From an uncultured Pseudomonadales bacterium (GTDB lineage: Bacteria; Patescibacteriota; Microgenomatia; UBA1400; UBA12028): 64,000 nucleotides of DNA. The notes below the pieces were generated by a model. That model saw only the letters and a list, made by a program, of their open reading frames with translations, made no database searches and had not been told where the DNA came from. The translations under genes and the position numbers were made by a program. Below, piece by piece: positions 1-8,205 of the stretch. How positions within the stretch are numbered: position 1 is the first letter of the stretch; every line of letters begins with the position of its first letter. The stretch spans positions 2,251 through 66,250 of the forward strand of contig CAZBKJ010000001.1 of NCBI GenBank assembly GCA_964492495.1, read 5' to 3'.

Positions 1-1524
1 GTCTCCAGATAAGCGTTCAGACATACGGTCGATATCAAGGATAATTCCGTCGATTCCTTTTTGTAGATAGCTTTCAATTTCCCAAATCTGACTTGGAAGC
101 TGCAGCACGGGGTAGAGTCGGGTTTTACTTGACCTGACCACACCGGCCTGCATCAGTAGAGACATGGTTGTGTGGATTTTATGTGTTAGGTGAGTGCCGG
201 CTATACTCACACCAAGAGAGATGGTTGGATGGAGTTTTTTGAGTGCAATAAACGCAGTAATCTCTGTGTCGACTGCGAGTTGTGATTGATCAAGATTAAT
301 CGCGTAGAGAAAGCCTTTTGCAGGATCGATGTGCTTTGAAAGGAAATGAAATGACTGGGCAATCTGATGAACACAGACGTTTCTGGATCGTATCGTTTTC
401 TGTGCCTCAAAATGAGAAAGAATTGCATTTGTTTGAATAACAAGGTGACCTGATACTTTTTGACTTGTCGGAAGATGTCCTGATGGGGATACTGTATAGT
501 CAAGACCAAGAGGGAAACTTTCTGGCAACTGGACGTGAGATTTTTTTGGCAGTTTTTTCTCTGGACTCACGGAAGGAACGCCGACTTGTTTCACAGGTTT
601 GATCTCAAGTCTTTTTGATTCCAAAACAAAGAATTCAGTTCCATCAAATCCAAACACAACTTCTTGGGGGAAAAAGAAGTGCTGTTGTACCTTTTTTGCC
701 AATTTTGCAAGTTGTTCAAGTGATGCTTGCGACAATTTTCTCTTTTGCACCCGAGTTGCTGGTGTGAGTGTTTTTGTTGCATTCCCATTGTCCCAAAAGA
801 ACTCATGTGACTGTTTGTCGAGAGCTTTTTTTTGTTCCTCACCACTGGGAATTGAAATCCAGTAGTAGTCAGAACCGTCAAGCTCGTCAGTGAGCGCACC
901 TTCTCCCCAGACAGCCTTGATAAGGGCAGTGTGTTTTGCCGGAGTGGTGGGGTCTGTTGTATAGAGTTGTCCAGTGACAACAAATCGTGGCTGTTTTTGA
1001 ATAGTAATCGCAAATGGTAAGTCAAAATGACTCTTGTCATGTTTTAACCGATAAAAAAGCGGTTTTATATCAAAAAAATGACTCCACAACTGTCGTATTC
1101 CATCAAAGAGATTTGCATCACCCTGGTAGCCAAAGTAGGTACGATCCGAGCTGGTAAAAAGCGACGATATTTTTTCTTCCAGAAAGATGCTTGGAGACAA
1201 CATCACTCGAGGCTCTTTCATCCCAATATATTGAGCAAGAATGGGGTGGGCTATGTGTTCTGGAAACTGTCCATAGCGAATATGTTTTTGAATCTCTTTG
1301 GATTTCTTTTGCAGTAGCTTACTGTCAGTGGGGATCGGTGCTGATAAAATTTCATTGATCTTTTCGTCTAAATTGTTGTATTCACAAAACTGCTCGAATG
1401 CATGCGACGACACAATGAAGCCATTTGGAACAGGAAGTTTTGCAGACAACATGGACGAAAGTTTCTGTCCACGAGTTCCAGCTTGGATGTGTTCTGAGTG
1501 TGTATCAATTTTCATTACTACCAT
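1..1524 (-). CDS. PEP-utilizing enzyme / pyruvate,water dikinase-like protein (PPDK_N domain), truncated by the window edge (C-terminus missing)
   Basis: A continuous minus-strand frame from ATG ~1524 down to position 1 was translated by hand. It is absent from the ORF track only because no stop falls inside the window. N-terminus MKIDTHSEHIQAGTRGQKLSSMLSAKLPVPNGFIVSSHAFEQF matches the PEP/pyruvate-binding domain of PEP synthase/PPDK; GIRQLWSHFFDIKPLFYRL matches the conserved WASLF..RA.SYR region. Confidence 0.6.
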   Translation of the reverse strand, partial: MVVMKIDTHSEHIQAGTRGQKLSSMLSAKLPVPNGFIVSSHAFEQFCEYNNLDEKINEILSAPIPTDSKLLQKKSKEIQKHIRYGQFPEHIAHPILAQYIGMKEPRVMLSPSIFLEEKISSLFTSSDRTYFGYQGDANLFDGIRQLWSHFFDIKPLFYRLKHDKSHFDLPFAITIQKQPRFVVTGQLYTTDPTTPAKHTALIKAVWGEGALTDELDGSDYYWISIPSGEEQKKALDKQSHEFFWDNGNATKTLTPATRVQKRKLSQASLEQLAKLAKKVQQHFFFPQEVVFGFDGTEFFVLESKRLEIKPVKQVGVPSVSPEKKLPKKSHVQLPESFPLGLDYTVSPSGHLPTSQKVSGHLVIQTNAILSHFEAQKTIRSRNVCVHQIAQSFHFLSKHIDPAKGFLYAINLDQSQLAVDTEITAFIALKKLHPTISLGVSIAGTHLTHKIHTTMSLLMQAGVVRSSKTRLYPVLQLPSQIWEIESYLQKGIDGIILDIDRMSERLSGD

Positions 1525-1612
1525 CGTAGTGGAATATGAGCCTTTTACGCAAGTACAATCTTTTTTTTTCTGTTTGATATGGATAGGATGGTGTGATAAT
1601 GTTGCTCCTTAG

Positions 1613-2209
1613 ATGAAACTTCCACGCTCCATCCGGCAGACGATTGAGCAGTTTGAGAAACTTCCAGGTATAGGGCCAAAATCAGCACAGAGACTTGTTT
1701 TTTATCTCCTGCATAACCCTGAAAGTGAGTTGCAAAAATTTGCTCAATGTTTGGTGGACCTGAAAAAAAATACCAAAGTATGTACAACCTGCCACAATGT
1801 TGGTGAGTTTGATCCATGCGAAGTCTGCAGTGACATTTCGCGCAACCGTTCACTTTTGTGTATTGTCGAGCAACCACTCGATCTTTTGGCACTTGAACGT
1901 AGTGGAATCTATGACGGCCTGTATCACGTACTTCATGGCGCTATTTCACCCTTAAATAATATTGGACCAGACCAATTGTTTTTACGAGACATTTCCAAGA
2001 GACTTGAGAATGTCTCAGAGATTATATTGGCAACAAATCCTACAATGGAAGGTGAAGCGACAGCGTTGTATATCCAGCAAATGATTGCTGATACAGGGAC
2101 AACGCTTCAAGTTACACGCATAGGGCACGGGTTACCTATCGGTGCAGACATCGAGTATGCCGATGGCGTGACATTGGCTCGAGCCCTGGAAGGGAGGAAA
2201 AATATGTAA
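1613..2209 (+). CDS. recR: recombination protein RecR
   Basis: 198 aa; helix-hairpin-helix N-terminus (LPGIGPKSAQRL); C4 zinc finger CTTCHNVGEFDPCEVC; Toprim-like C-terminus. Confidence 0.95.
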   Translation: MKLPRSIRQTIEQFEKLPGIGPKSAQRLVFYLLHNPESELQKFAQCLVDLKKNTKVCTTCHNVGEFDPCEVCSDISRNRSLLCIVEQPLDLLALERSGIYDGLYHVLHGAISPLNNIGPDQLFLRDISKRLENVSEIILATNPTMEGEATALYIQQMIADTGTTLQVTRIGHGLPIGADIEYADGVTLARALEGRKNM

Positions 2210-2299
2210 AATACGTTCTATTTCATAGAAAGGTGTTTTTTTGAAATTTCATTTCATTTATTTTTATTTTGAGCACCAAAATAAAGAGAAAGGAATTAC

Positions 2300-2599
2300 A
2301 TGCAGGTTTCATTTACCAGCAAGAACATACTTCTTACCGACGGATTGAAAAATTTTATTACTTCTCGTGTGGGTAAACTCTCCAAATACTCTTCAAAACA
2401 GTTATCTCGTGTGCAAATCATCCTTGATGTTGATCGGCGTAAAAAAGGCAAGTCAGAAGACGCCATGGTCGAGATTGTGGGCGATATTCAAGGAAAACAT
2501 ATCATCGTACGAGAAAATGGCGATAGTTTTTACAAAGCATTTTTTGGGGCAGTGAAAAAAATGAAGACGCGACTCGTGAAATCGCGCAAAAAAATGTGA
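2300..2599 (+). CDS. hpf: ribosome hibernation promoting factor / RaiA (short form)
   Basis: 99 aa; MQVSFTSKNILLTDGLKNFI...KLSKY pattern typical of the S30AE/sigma-54 modulation protein family. Confidence 0.8.
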   Translation: MQVSFTSKNILLTDGLKNFITSRVGKLSKYSSKQLSRVQIILDVDRRKKGKSEDAMVEIVGDIQGKHIIVRENGDSFYKAFFGAVKKMKTRLVKSRKKM

Positions 2600-2600
2600 A

Positions 2601-2906
2601 TCAACAGCGATGCGTTTGTCTTACAGTGATTAACTCAAGATAGTTTATCGGATGTCCTGCAAGTTCGCGGTCACGAAAATCTCTATAGTTTTCTGGTGCA
2701 AGTAATACGTAATAACACTCAAAATCAACCTCAAAATTGGGATCGAGCTTCAGATTCGGGTTATCAAGTACATAGTGCTTGAGATAGTTTTGCAAGTTTG
2801 TGCATGTAGCTTCTCTAGATAGAGAGTACAAGCCGTACGTAGTTAACTTTCCAATTGTGCTGAAGGCTCGATATACAGGATAAGCTTTGGATTCTTGTTC
2901 GTTCAT
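2601..2906 (-). CDS. hypothetical protein
   Basis: 101-aa ORF that fills the gap between hpf and the next gene; no recognisable motif. Confidence 0.35.
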   Translation of the reverse strand: MNEQESKAYPVYRAFSTIGKLTTYGLYSLSREATCTNLQNYLKHYVLDNPNLKLDPNFEVDFECYYVLLAPENYRDFRDRELAGHPINYLELITVRQTHRC

Positions 2907-2967
2907 GATTTGGGTATTTTACACCCTTTCTTGCATCTTTCGCTTCTATTCTCTATCCTGTATTGAT

Positions 2968-3456
2968 ATGGGTGTTCTTCAATCAGCAGCATCAGCAGTA
3001 GGACAAGCAGTGTCCGACGTCGCGGCAGACGTCAAAGATGGAGTAGTGGGAGCAGCAACCGACTCAGTCAAACAAATTGCAAAAACTCCGTTGGATATTT
3101 TGGAAGAATTACTTGGGTCTTCAGGTGCTGGTGGGGGAGCAAATGAGCAGAAATCAGAAGAGGAGCAGGGAGCAAGTAGTCCAGCTAATAAAGCAGCTAT
3201 CGCACAAAAAAATGCCCAAGATGATGCGTTCAAGGTTCAACAGCATCAAGAGTTGCATCAAAAGATCATGCAGCAATCTCAAGGCTACTATGAGCAAAAA
3301 AAGCAAGCTGATGAGCAACAACGACAGATATCAGAGCAACAAAAAGAACAAGAAAAATTCCAGATAAAACAGCTGGAAAAACAAAAAAGTCATGATTATG
3401 CCTTGCAGGCAGCAAAGGATGCATCAAGCGCAGAAAAGAGAATGGGTGCAGGATAG
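2968..3456 (+). CDS. hypothetical Gln/Ala/Lys-rich low-complexity protein
   Basis: ORF track 2887..3456; the ATG at 2968 (MGVLQSAASAVGQ...) is the more plausible start. C-terminal half is Q/E/K-rich and coiled-coil-like. Confidence 0.4.
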   Translation: MGVLQSAASAVGQAVSDVAADVKDGVVGAATDSVKQIAKTPLDILEELLGSSGAGGGANEQKSEEEQGASSPANKAAIAQKNAQDDAFKVQQHQELHQKIMQQSQGYYEQKKQADEQQRQISEQQKEQEKFQIKQLEKQKSHDYALQAAKDASSAEKRMGAG

Positions 3457-3481
3457 ATAGTCTTGTGAGTTTTACATATTT

Positions 3482-3748
3482 ATGCCAAAACTTCCTGAAC
3501 AGTCTCCACTTATCTCCAAAGCATTGAAGGAAAATCCTACACCACTAAATCCATCGGGACTTGATGGTGTTTTTATCGGAAGCGTACTGATTTTTGCTGG
3601 TCTGCTTCCATCGTTGTCACCTAATTCTCTTGAGGAGTTAAAAGTACTTGCTCAGAGAACGCTTGAAACTGGTCTCGCTTTTTTTTCCATAGGATTGTTT
3701 GTTTTGGCAGCAAAAAATATGAGATCGCTCTGCGATAAACGAAAGTAA
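3482..3748 (+). CDS. small membrane protein, hypothetical
   Basis: 88 aa with two hydrophobic segments. Confidence 0.35.
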   Translation: MPKLPEQSPLISKALKENPTPLNPSGLDGVFIGSVLIFAGLLPSLSPNSLEELKVLAQRTLETGLAFFSIGLFVLAAKNMRSLCDKRK

Positions 3749-3860
3749 AACAACCTAGGAAGTGTATTTGTACTTGTTCGTGTGAATTTCTTTTGTATAC
3801 TTTATCGATATGAACACTGTTCAAAAAACCAGTTGTTGTTGCACAAGCTGATTGTTGACG

Positions 3861-3906
3861 CTTGGGCATGGTAGTATCTTGATCCGCCCAAGTTGGCGGA
3901 TTTTTT
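3861..3906 (+). promoter_or_regulatory. cysS leader attenuator: mutually exclusive antiterminator (cttgggc...gcccaag, 3861-3892) and terminator (atccgcc-caagtt-ggcggat + T-run, 3882-3906)
   Basis: Hairpins read directly from the sequence. The 3' arm of the first hairpin overlaps the 5' arm of the terminator. Located 25 nt upstream of the cysS ATG. Confidence 0.45.
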
Positions 3907-3931
3907 CTACAAAGAAGGAAGCTATACATAT

Positions 3932-5353
3932 ATGAAACTCTACAACACGCTCTCTCGAACAATTGAAGAAGTGCAACCAATCACAAAGATGCACATCGGT
4001 ATGTATGCCTGTGGTCCGACTGTGTATGACTATGCCCATATTGGTCACATGCGAAAGTACACCATGGATGATGTGCTGGTCAGGACACTCAAACATGCTG
4101 GGTTTTCAGTAGAGCACGTCATGAATATCACGGATGTGGGGCATTTGGTGTCGGACTCGGATGAGGGTGAAGACAAGATGGAAAAAGGGGCAAAAAAATA
4201 TGGAAAGACTGTCTGGGATGTGGCGAAAGAGTTTGAAGAGTTTTTTTGGAAGTGTATAGATGCGATGGATGTTGCAAGACCGGATGTGAGCTGCAAAGCG
4301 ACTGCACATATCCCTGAACAGATTGAGATGATCAAGCGACTTGAGAAACATAATCTCACGTACGTGATAGATGATGGGGTGTATTTTGATACAGAAAAAT
4401 TTCCTTCATATGGAGAACTTGCCAAACTTGATAAAGAATCAATTAAAGCAGGAGCACGAGTAGAGATGGTTGCTGGAAAGAAAAACGCGACTGATTTTGC
4501 GCTGTGGAAGTTCTCACCAAAAAATGAACAACGTGCAATGGAGTGGGGAAGTCCATGGGGGAAAGGGTTTCCAGGATGGCACATTGAGTGCAGTGCGATG
4601 GCAATACGGTATCTAGGTGAGCAATTTGATATTCACACAGGAGGAATTGATCACATTCCGATTCACCATACCAATGAGATCGCACAGGCAGAAGGGGCGA
4701 CGGGAAAGCATCCATTTGTTCGTACCTGGGTTCATCATAATTTTCTTCGGGTTGAGAATGAGAAAATGAGTAAGTCTCTAGGGAATTTCTTTACCCTTGA
4801 CGATGTGACTGCAAAAGGGTTTTCACCAATGGCTCTTAAGCTTTTGTTTTTGGGCAGTCACTATCGAAGTGAGCTGAATTTTACGTGGGCAAATCTAGAA
4901 GCATCGCAAAAAGCATATGACAAGCTTGTGGGAATACTGACACAGGCCAAAAAAGAAACAGAGCGAACAACACTTTCGCAGGAGAAAGTAAAAAAACTCA
5001 ATGACTATCGCACTCGGTTTTTTTCACAGATGGAAAACGATTTGCATACTCCTGAGGCTACGTCACTACTGTGGGAAGTAGCCAAGAGTAACATTCCTGG
5101 TGGAGATAAGTACGATTTACTCATAGAGTTTGATTCTGTTTTAGGACTTGGGCTTGCAAAAGCGTCTACACTTTCTGGTTCACCTTCCACACATGAAATT
5201 CCGTCTGGGGTGCAGATGCTTCTTGATAAACGACAAGCTGCCAGAGACAGCAAGGATTTTGTAGCGTCCGATACTCTTCGAGATGCAATCGCAAAATTGG
5301 GCTGGAGTGTAAAAGACACAAGTGAAGGACAAAAAGTCAAAAAGAATAGCTAA
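3932..5353 (+). CDS. cysS: cysteine--tRNA ligase
   Basis: HIGH motif (CGPTVYDYAHIGHMRKY) and KMSKS motif (KMSKSLGN). RBS aaggaag lies 8 nt upstream of the ATG at 3932. The ORF track start at 3893 is likely an upstream in-frame extension. Confidence 0.95.
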   Translation: MKLYNTLSRTIEEVQPITKMHIGMYACGPTVYDYAHIGHMRKYTMDDVLVRTLKHAGFSVEHVMNITDVGHLVSDSDEGEDKMEKGAKKYGKTVWDVAKEFEEFFWKCIDAMDVARPDVSCKATAHIPEQIEMIKRLEKHNLTYVIDDGVYFDTEKFPSYGELAKLDKESIKAGARVEMVAGKKNATDFALWKFSPKNEQRAMEWGSPWGKGFPGWHIECSAMAIRYLGEQFDIHTGGIDHIPIHHTNEIAQAEGATGKHPFVRTWVHHNFLRVENEKMSKSLGNFFTLDDVTAKGFSPMALKLLFLGSHYRSELNFTWANLEASQKAYDKLVGILTQAKKETERTTLSQEKVKKLNDYRTRFFSQMENDLHTPEATSLLWEVAKSNIPGGDKYDLLIEFDSVLGLGLAKASTLSGSPSTHEIPSGVQMLLDKRQAARDSKDFVASDTLRDAIAKLGWSVKDTSEGQKVKKNS

Positions 5354-5368
5354 AGAAAGGGGTCTTTT

Positions 5369-5698
5369 ATGGGAGAAGTATTTTCACCAGAGGTAGCAAC
5401 GTACGTGCAGCAGAACAAAATTGCAACTGATGATATTTTAACTTTTGAAGGAACCAACATCCCCAAATTTTTTTCGACATTACTGATAAAAACGGAATCA
5501 CAGTCGCCGTTCTATATCTATGTGCCACCATACCAGCAACTGATTGACGGAACGGTGACAAAAGATGGGGGGCTATACGGATATGATGGGGAAAAAATGC
5601 CTAGAAATTTGATCTTTTTTGCATCAGGAAGACCAAACGAGCAATTCAAAGCAATGATACGAGATACGCTCGCGCATACGACAGGCAGTCGGACATAA
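5369..5698 (+). CDS. hypothetical protein
   Basis: 109 aa; no recognisable motif. Confidence 0.4.
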   Translation: MGEVFSPEVATYVQQNKIATDDILTFEGTNIPKFFSTLLIKTESQSPFYIYVPPYQQLIDGTVTKDGGLYGYDGEKMPRNLIFFASGRPNEQFKAMIRDTLAHTTGSRT

Positions 5699-5748
5699 CG
5701 GAATACAGGTATCAGGAAATATTCATCTACTTTTCAGTTGAGTTGCGC

Positions 5749-5754
5749 TACAAT
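5749..5754 (+). promoter_or_regulatory. -10 element TACAAT(AC), 6 nt upstream of the ATG at 5761 (leaderless-type promoter)
   Basis: gcgcTACAATACggctATG; the same 14-nt motif recurs at 7431-7445. Confidence 0.4.
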
Positions 5755-5760
5755 ACGGCT

Positions 5761-6441
5761 ATGTTTCAAAAACTCCTTGTATTGTGTACTGCCAACCGAC
5801 TGAATGTAATCCGTACCATACAATTCGGATATGTCCTCCTTACTGTTTTTTTTCTCTTCGCGACCTGGGCAATATTTACCAGTAACGTCGCGTGGATGCA
5901 CTTTGTGTATGATGTTGGACTTTTATCTGGGAAACTTGCAACGTTTCTCTTTATCATCGTCACACTTCCTGGAATACTTGGTCGGTTTGGGATCAGACAT
6001 CCGCTGATAACAATTGGGATTATGTTTCGGCGGTACACTGGAATTGGAGTCTTTTTGCTTGGATTTGTTCATGGGATGACGGTCTATAGTTTGCCGATGC
6101 TAGCTGCAAAACAGCTAGTCCTACCACCTCCTTTGTTTATTACTTTTGGACTGACTGCACTTGTATTATTATTTCCACTTTTTTTGACTTCAAATACCCA
6201 GAGTGTTCAGATGCTTGGGAAAAATTGGAAACGTTTGCACTCACTAGTCTATGTTATTTTCTGGTTTATCTTCATCCATGTTGCAATGCAAGGTGAAAAG
6301 TCAGTTGCAATCCTCATCGGCCTCGCTGGATTTTTGGAGATACTTTCACTGGGGTATGCGTTTTGGAAGAAACGAACACAAGCTTCAACCACCTTTCAAT
6401 CTACTGGTACGAACTCATCAGGAAATGTACAATCTCCCTAA
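5761..6441 (+). CDS. ferric reductase-like transmembrane protein (MsrQ/YedZ-like heme-binding subunit)
   Basis: Polytopic; LGKNWKRLHSLVYVIFWFIFIHV matches the conserved (K/R)RLH..VY motif of YedZ/MsrQ. The ORF track start at 5743 is a TTG extension. Confidence 0.5.
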   Translation: MFQKLLVLCTANRLNVIRTIQFGYVLLTVFFLFATWAIFTSNVAWMHFVYDVGLLSGKLATFLFIIVTLPGILGRFGIRHPLITIGIMFRRYTGIGVFLLGFVHGMTVYSLPMLAAKQLVLPPPLFITFGLTALVLLFPLFLTSNTQSVQMLGKNWKRLHSLVYVIFWFIFIHVAMQGEKSVAILIGLAGFLEILSLGYAFWKKRTQASTTFQSTGTNSSGNVQSP

Positions 6442-6453
6442 AGGAGGTTTTGT

Positions 6454-6636
6454 ATGAAACGACTCATTCGTCCTAAGAAGGGAAGAAAAGTAGGCGGAGT
6501 TAGCCTTGCCCTTGCAAACTACATGGGCATCGATGTCACTGTCGTGCGCGTGGTCTTTGTTTTTCTTGCGCTCCCAGGTGGCTTTCCAGGTATCATTCCG
6601 TACATCGTTTTGTGGTTAGTTATCCCTGAGGAATAG
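6454..6636 (+). CDS. PspC-domain protein
   Basis: 60 aa; LIRPKKGRKVGGVSLALANYMGIDVTVVRVVFV...IIPYIVLWLVIPEE is the canonical PspC domain. Confidence 0.75.
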   Translation: MKRLIRPKKGRKVGGVSLALANYMGIDVTVVRVVFVFLALPGGFPGIIPYIVLWLVIPEE

Positions 6637-6667
6637 CTACAACGAAACAGAAAACCCGCCGTACGCA

Positions 6668-6710
6668 CAACCTCGCATGATCTACAAAAGGTCGCGAGGT
6701 TGTTTTTTTT
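6668..6710 (+). terminator. rho-independent terminator (9-bp stem caacctcgc/gcgaggttg + T8)
   Basis: Read from the sequence, immediately downstream of the PspC gene. Confidence 0.7.
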
Positions 6711-6739
6711 ATCAGAAAAAACATGAGATAACGTGAGTG

Positions 6740-7381
6740 TTATTGCTCTTGGTATTGTTTCATGAGCTCTTCAGCTTTCTTTCTCATGGCCTCTTGATCT
6801 GCCTCACTTGGAGCTGACCCGCTTTGATTTTCTTTCATCATTGTATTTGCACTTTCCATGAGTCCACTCATATCAGAGAACGTCACGTCACTTGGTGGGA
6901 CAAACTCACTATCAGCGATAGACTGCTCTTTGCAGTCAACTATATAGCCTTGATCCTCAAGTGCTTTTTTGTCTTCTTCAGACTGAATAGAGGGGACATT
7001 TTGGCCATTTTGCTCTGCGTAGTCCTCAATATTCTGATCTTCTGGAAGTGTCATCGTAAAACCTTTTTTTGTTGTTTCATCCCATGTATGGATGGTACGA
7101 CCATCGGAAATCATCATTCCTGTAGTGGATGCTCCTGTCGATCCAAAGCCTGACATCTTCATCTTTTGTCCTTTAAGAAAGTACGTCATCACTGTGTTGT
7201 CGCCCTTTTTTGTCATCGTGCATGAGACTGGACGACCAGCTTGAATTGCTCCGGCAACTGACTCAAACTCCCCAGCCATTTGTGCTTCTGTTTGAGTTTC
7301 AATTTGTGCGGATGGTGTAACGGTTTGTTTGCATCCAGCAAGAGCAATGGTGAGGACGCCAACGATGAGTGCCTTTTTCAT
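6740..7381 (-). CDS. lipoprotein, hypothetical (paralog of 8206..8781)
   Basis: ATG at 7381 preceded by RBS (rc caaggag); MKKALIVGVLTIALAGC lipobox. The longer ORF-track start at 7495 would overlap the next gene. C-terminal ...DCKEQSIADSEFVPPSDVTFSDMSG aligns with the paralog. Confidence 0.6.
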   Translation of the reverse strand: MKKALIVGVLTIALAGCKQTVTPSAQIETQTEAQMAGEFESVAGAIQAGRPVSCTMTKKGDNTVMTYFLKGQKMKMSGFGSTGASTTGMMISDGRTIHTWDETTKKGFTMTLPEDQNIEDYAEQNGQNVPSIQSEEDKKALEDQGYIVDCKEQSIADSEFVPPSDVTFSDMSGLMESANTMMKENQSGSAPSEADQEAMRKKAEELMKQYQEQ

Positions 7382-7432
7382 AGATTCTCCTTGTTTTTTT
7401 GTAGTATAAACCAAATTTACGTTTGGGTGCGC

Positions 7433-7438
7433 TACAAT
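7433..7438 (+). promoter_or_regulatory. -10 element TACAAT(AC), 7 nt upstream of the ATG at 7446 (leaderless-type)
   Basis: gtgcgcTACAATACgcactATG. Confidence 0.4.
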
Positions 7439-7445
7439 ACGCACT

Positions 7446-8192
7446 ATGACGATCACACCACTCAAGACAGCAAAAGTAACAGCAAACAAATACACTCTAG
7501 AGACTTTTTTGGATGAACATATTCACGACTTTGAAGAAAACACCGTACTAGTCGTAACTTCAAAGGTCGTATCACTGTGTGAAGGAAATATTGTCTCTCC
7601 CAATAGCATAGCTTTGGATGAACTTTTAGAGAAGGAAGCTGATTTTTTCTTGCCTCGTTCTACCAATCCGTATGGGTTTGGGATGAGCATTAAAAATAAC
7701 ACCTTAATCGCCAACGGAGGAATTGATGAGTCAAACGGAAATGGATCGTATATTCTGTGGCCAAAAGATCCTCAGTTGTCAGCCAATACTATTCGAGAGT
7801 ATCTCTGCAAGAGATTTTCTCTTTCAAAAGTAGGTGTCATTATTAGTGATAGCCATGTGCTTCCCATGCGATGGGGAACTGTCGGAACAGCAATTGCCTT
7901 CAGTGGCTTCGTACCTCTGAATGAATATATTGGTACAAACGATTTGTTTGGACGACCATTTAAGGTTACTAGATCTGGAGTAGCGGAAGGGTTGGCGGCA
8001 GCTGCGGTTGTGGCGATGGGTGAAGGGAGCGAATCGACTCCACTGGCAATACTCAGCGGTGTGTCGTTTGTGCAGTTTCAGGACAGAAATCCAACGAACG
8101 AAGAACTGGAAAAGCATACGATTTCACTCACCGAAGATATTTTTGCTCCACTTCTCACTGCTGTACCTTGGAAAAAGGGAAAAAGTTCGTAA
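7446..8192 (+). CDS. F420-0:gamma-glutamyl ligase (CofE)-like family protein
   Basis: ANGGIDESNGNGSYILWPKDP, VISDSHVLPMRWGTVGTAIAFSGF and AEGLAAAAVVAMGEG match the CofE-fold signatures (AGID.SN, DS.GR..R.G...A.G, ADE.AAAA). Likely a non-F420 homolog. Confidence 0.65.
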   Translation: MTITPLKTAKVTANKYTLETFLDEHIHDFEENTVLVVTSKVVSLCEGNIVSPNSIALDELLEKEADFFLPRSTNPYGFGMSIKNNTLIANGGIDESNGNGSYILWPKDPQLSANTIREYLCKRFSLSKVGVIISDSHVLPMRWGTVGTAIAFSGFVPLNEYIGTNDLFGRPFKVTRSGVAEGLAAAAVVAMGEGSESTPLAILSGVSFVQFQDRNPTNEELEKHTISLTEDIFAPLLTAVPWKKGKSS

Positions 8193-8205
8193 AGATGTCT
8201 TTGTA

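Noticed and set aside
1-1560. Apparent gene-free / pseudogene region suggested by short, broken ORF-track calls
   Set aside because: Hand translation of the minus strand shows one continuous frame (PEP-synthase-like) running off the window edge. The short ORFs are out-of-frame artefacts.
2887-2967. N-terminal extension of the Q-rich protein (MDSCSFMIWVF...)
   Set aside because: It overlaps the convergent hypothetical gene end and looks like intergenic readthrough. The ATG at 2968 is preferred.
4045-4584. Antisense ORFs inside cysS (4045..4584, 4106..4351, 4443..4715), and similar antisense ORFs inside pcrA (32500..33363), lon, and the 1605-aa gene
   Set aside because: They overlap confidently identified genes on the opposite strand and show no motifs; typical of spurious ORFs.
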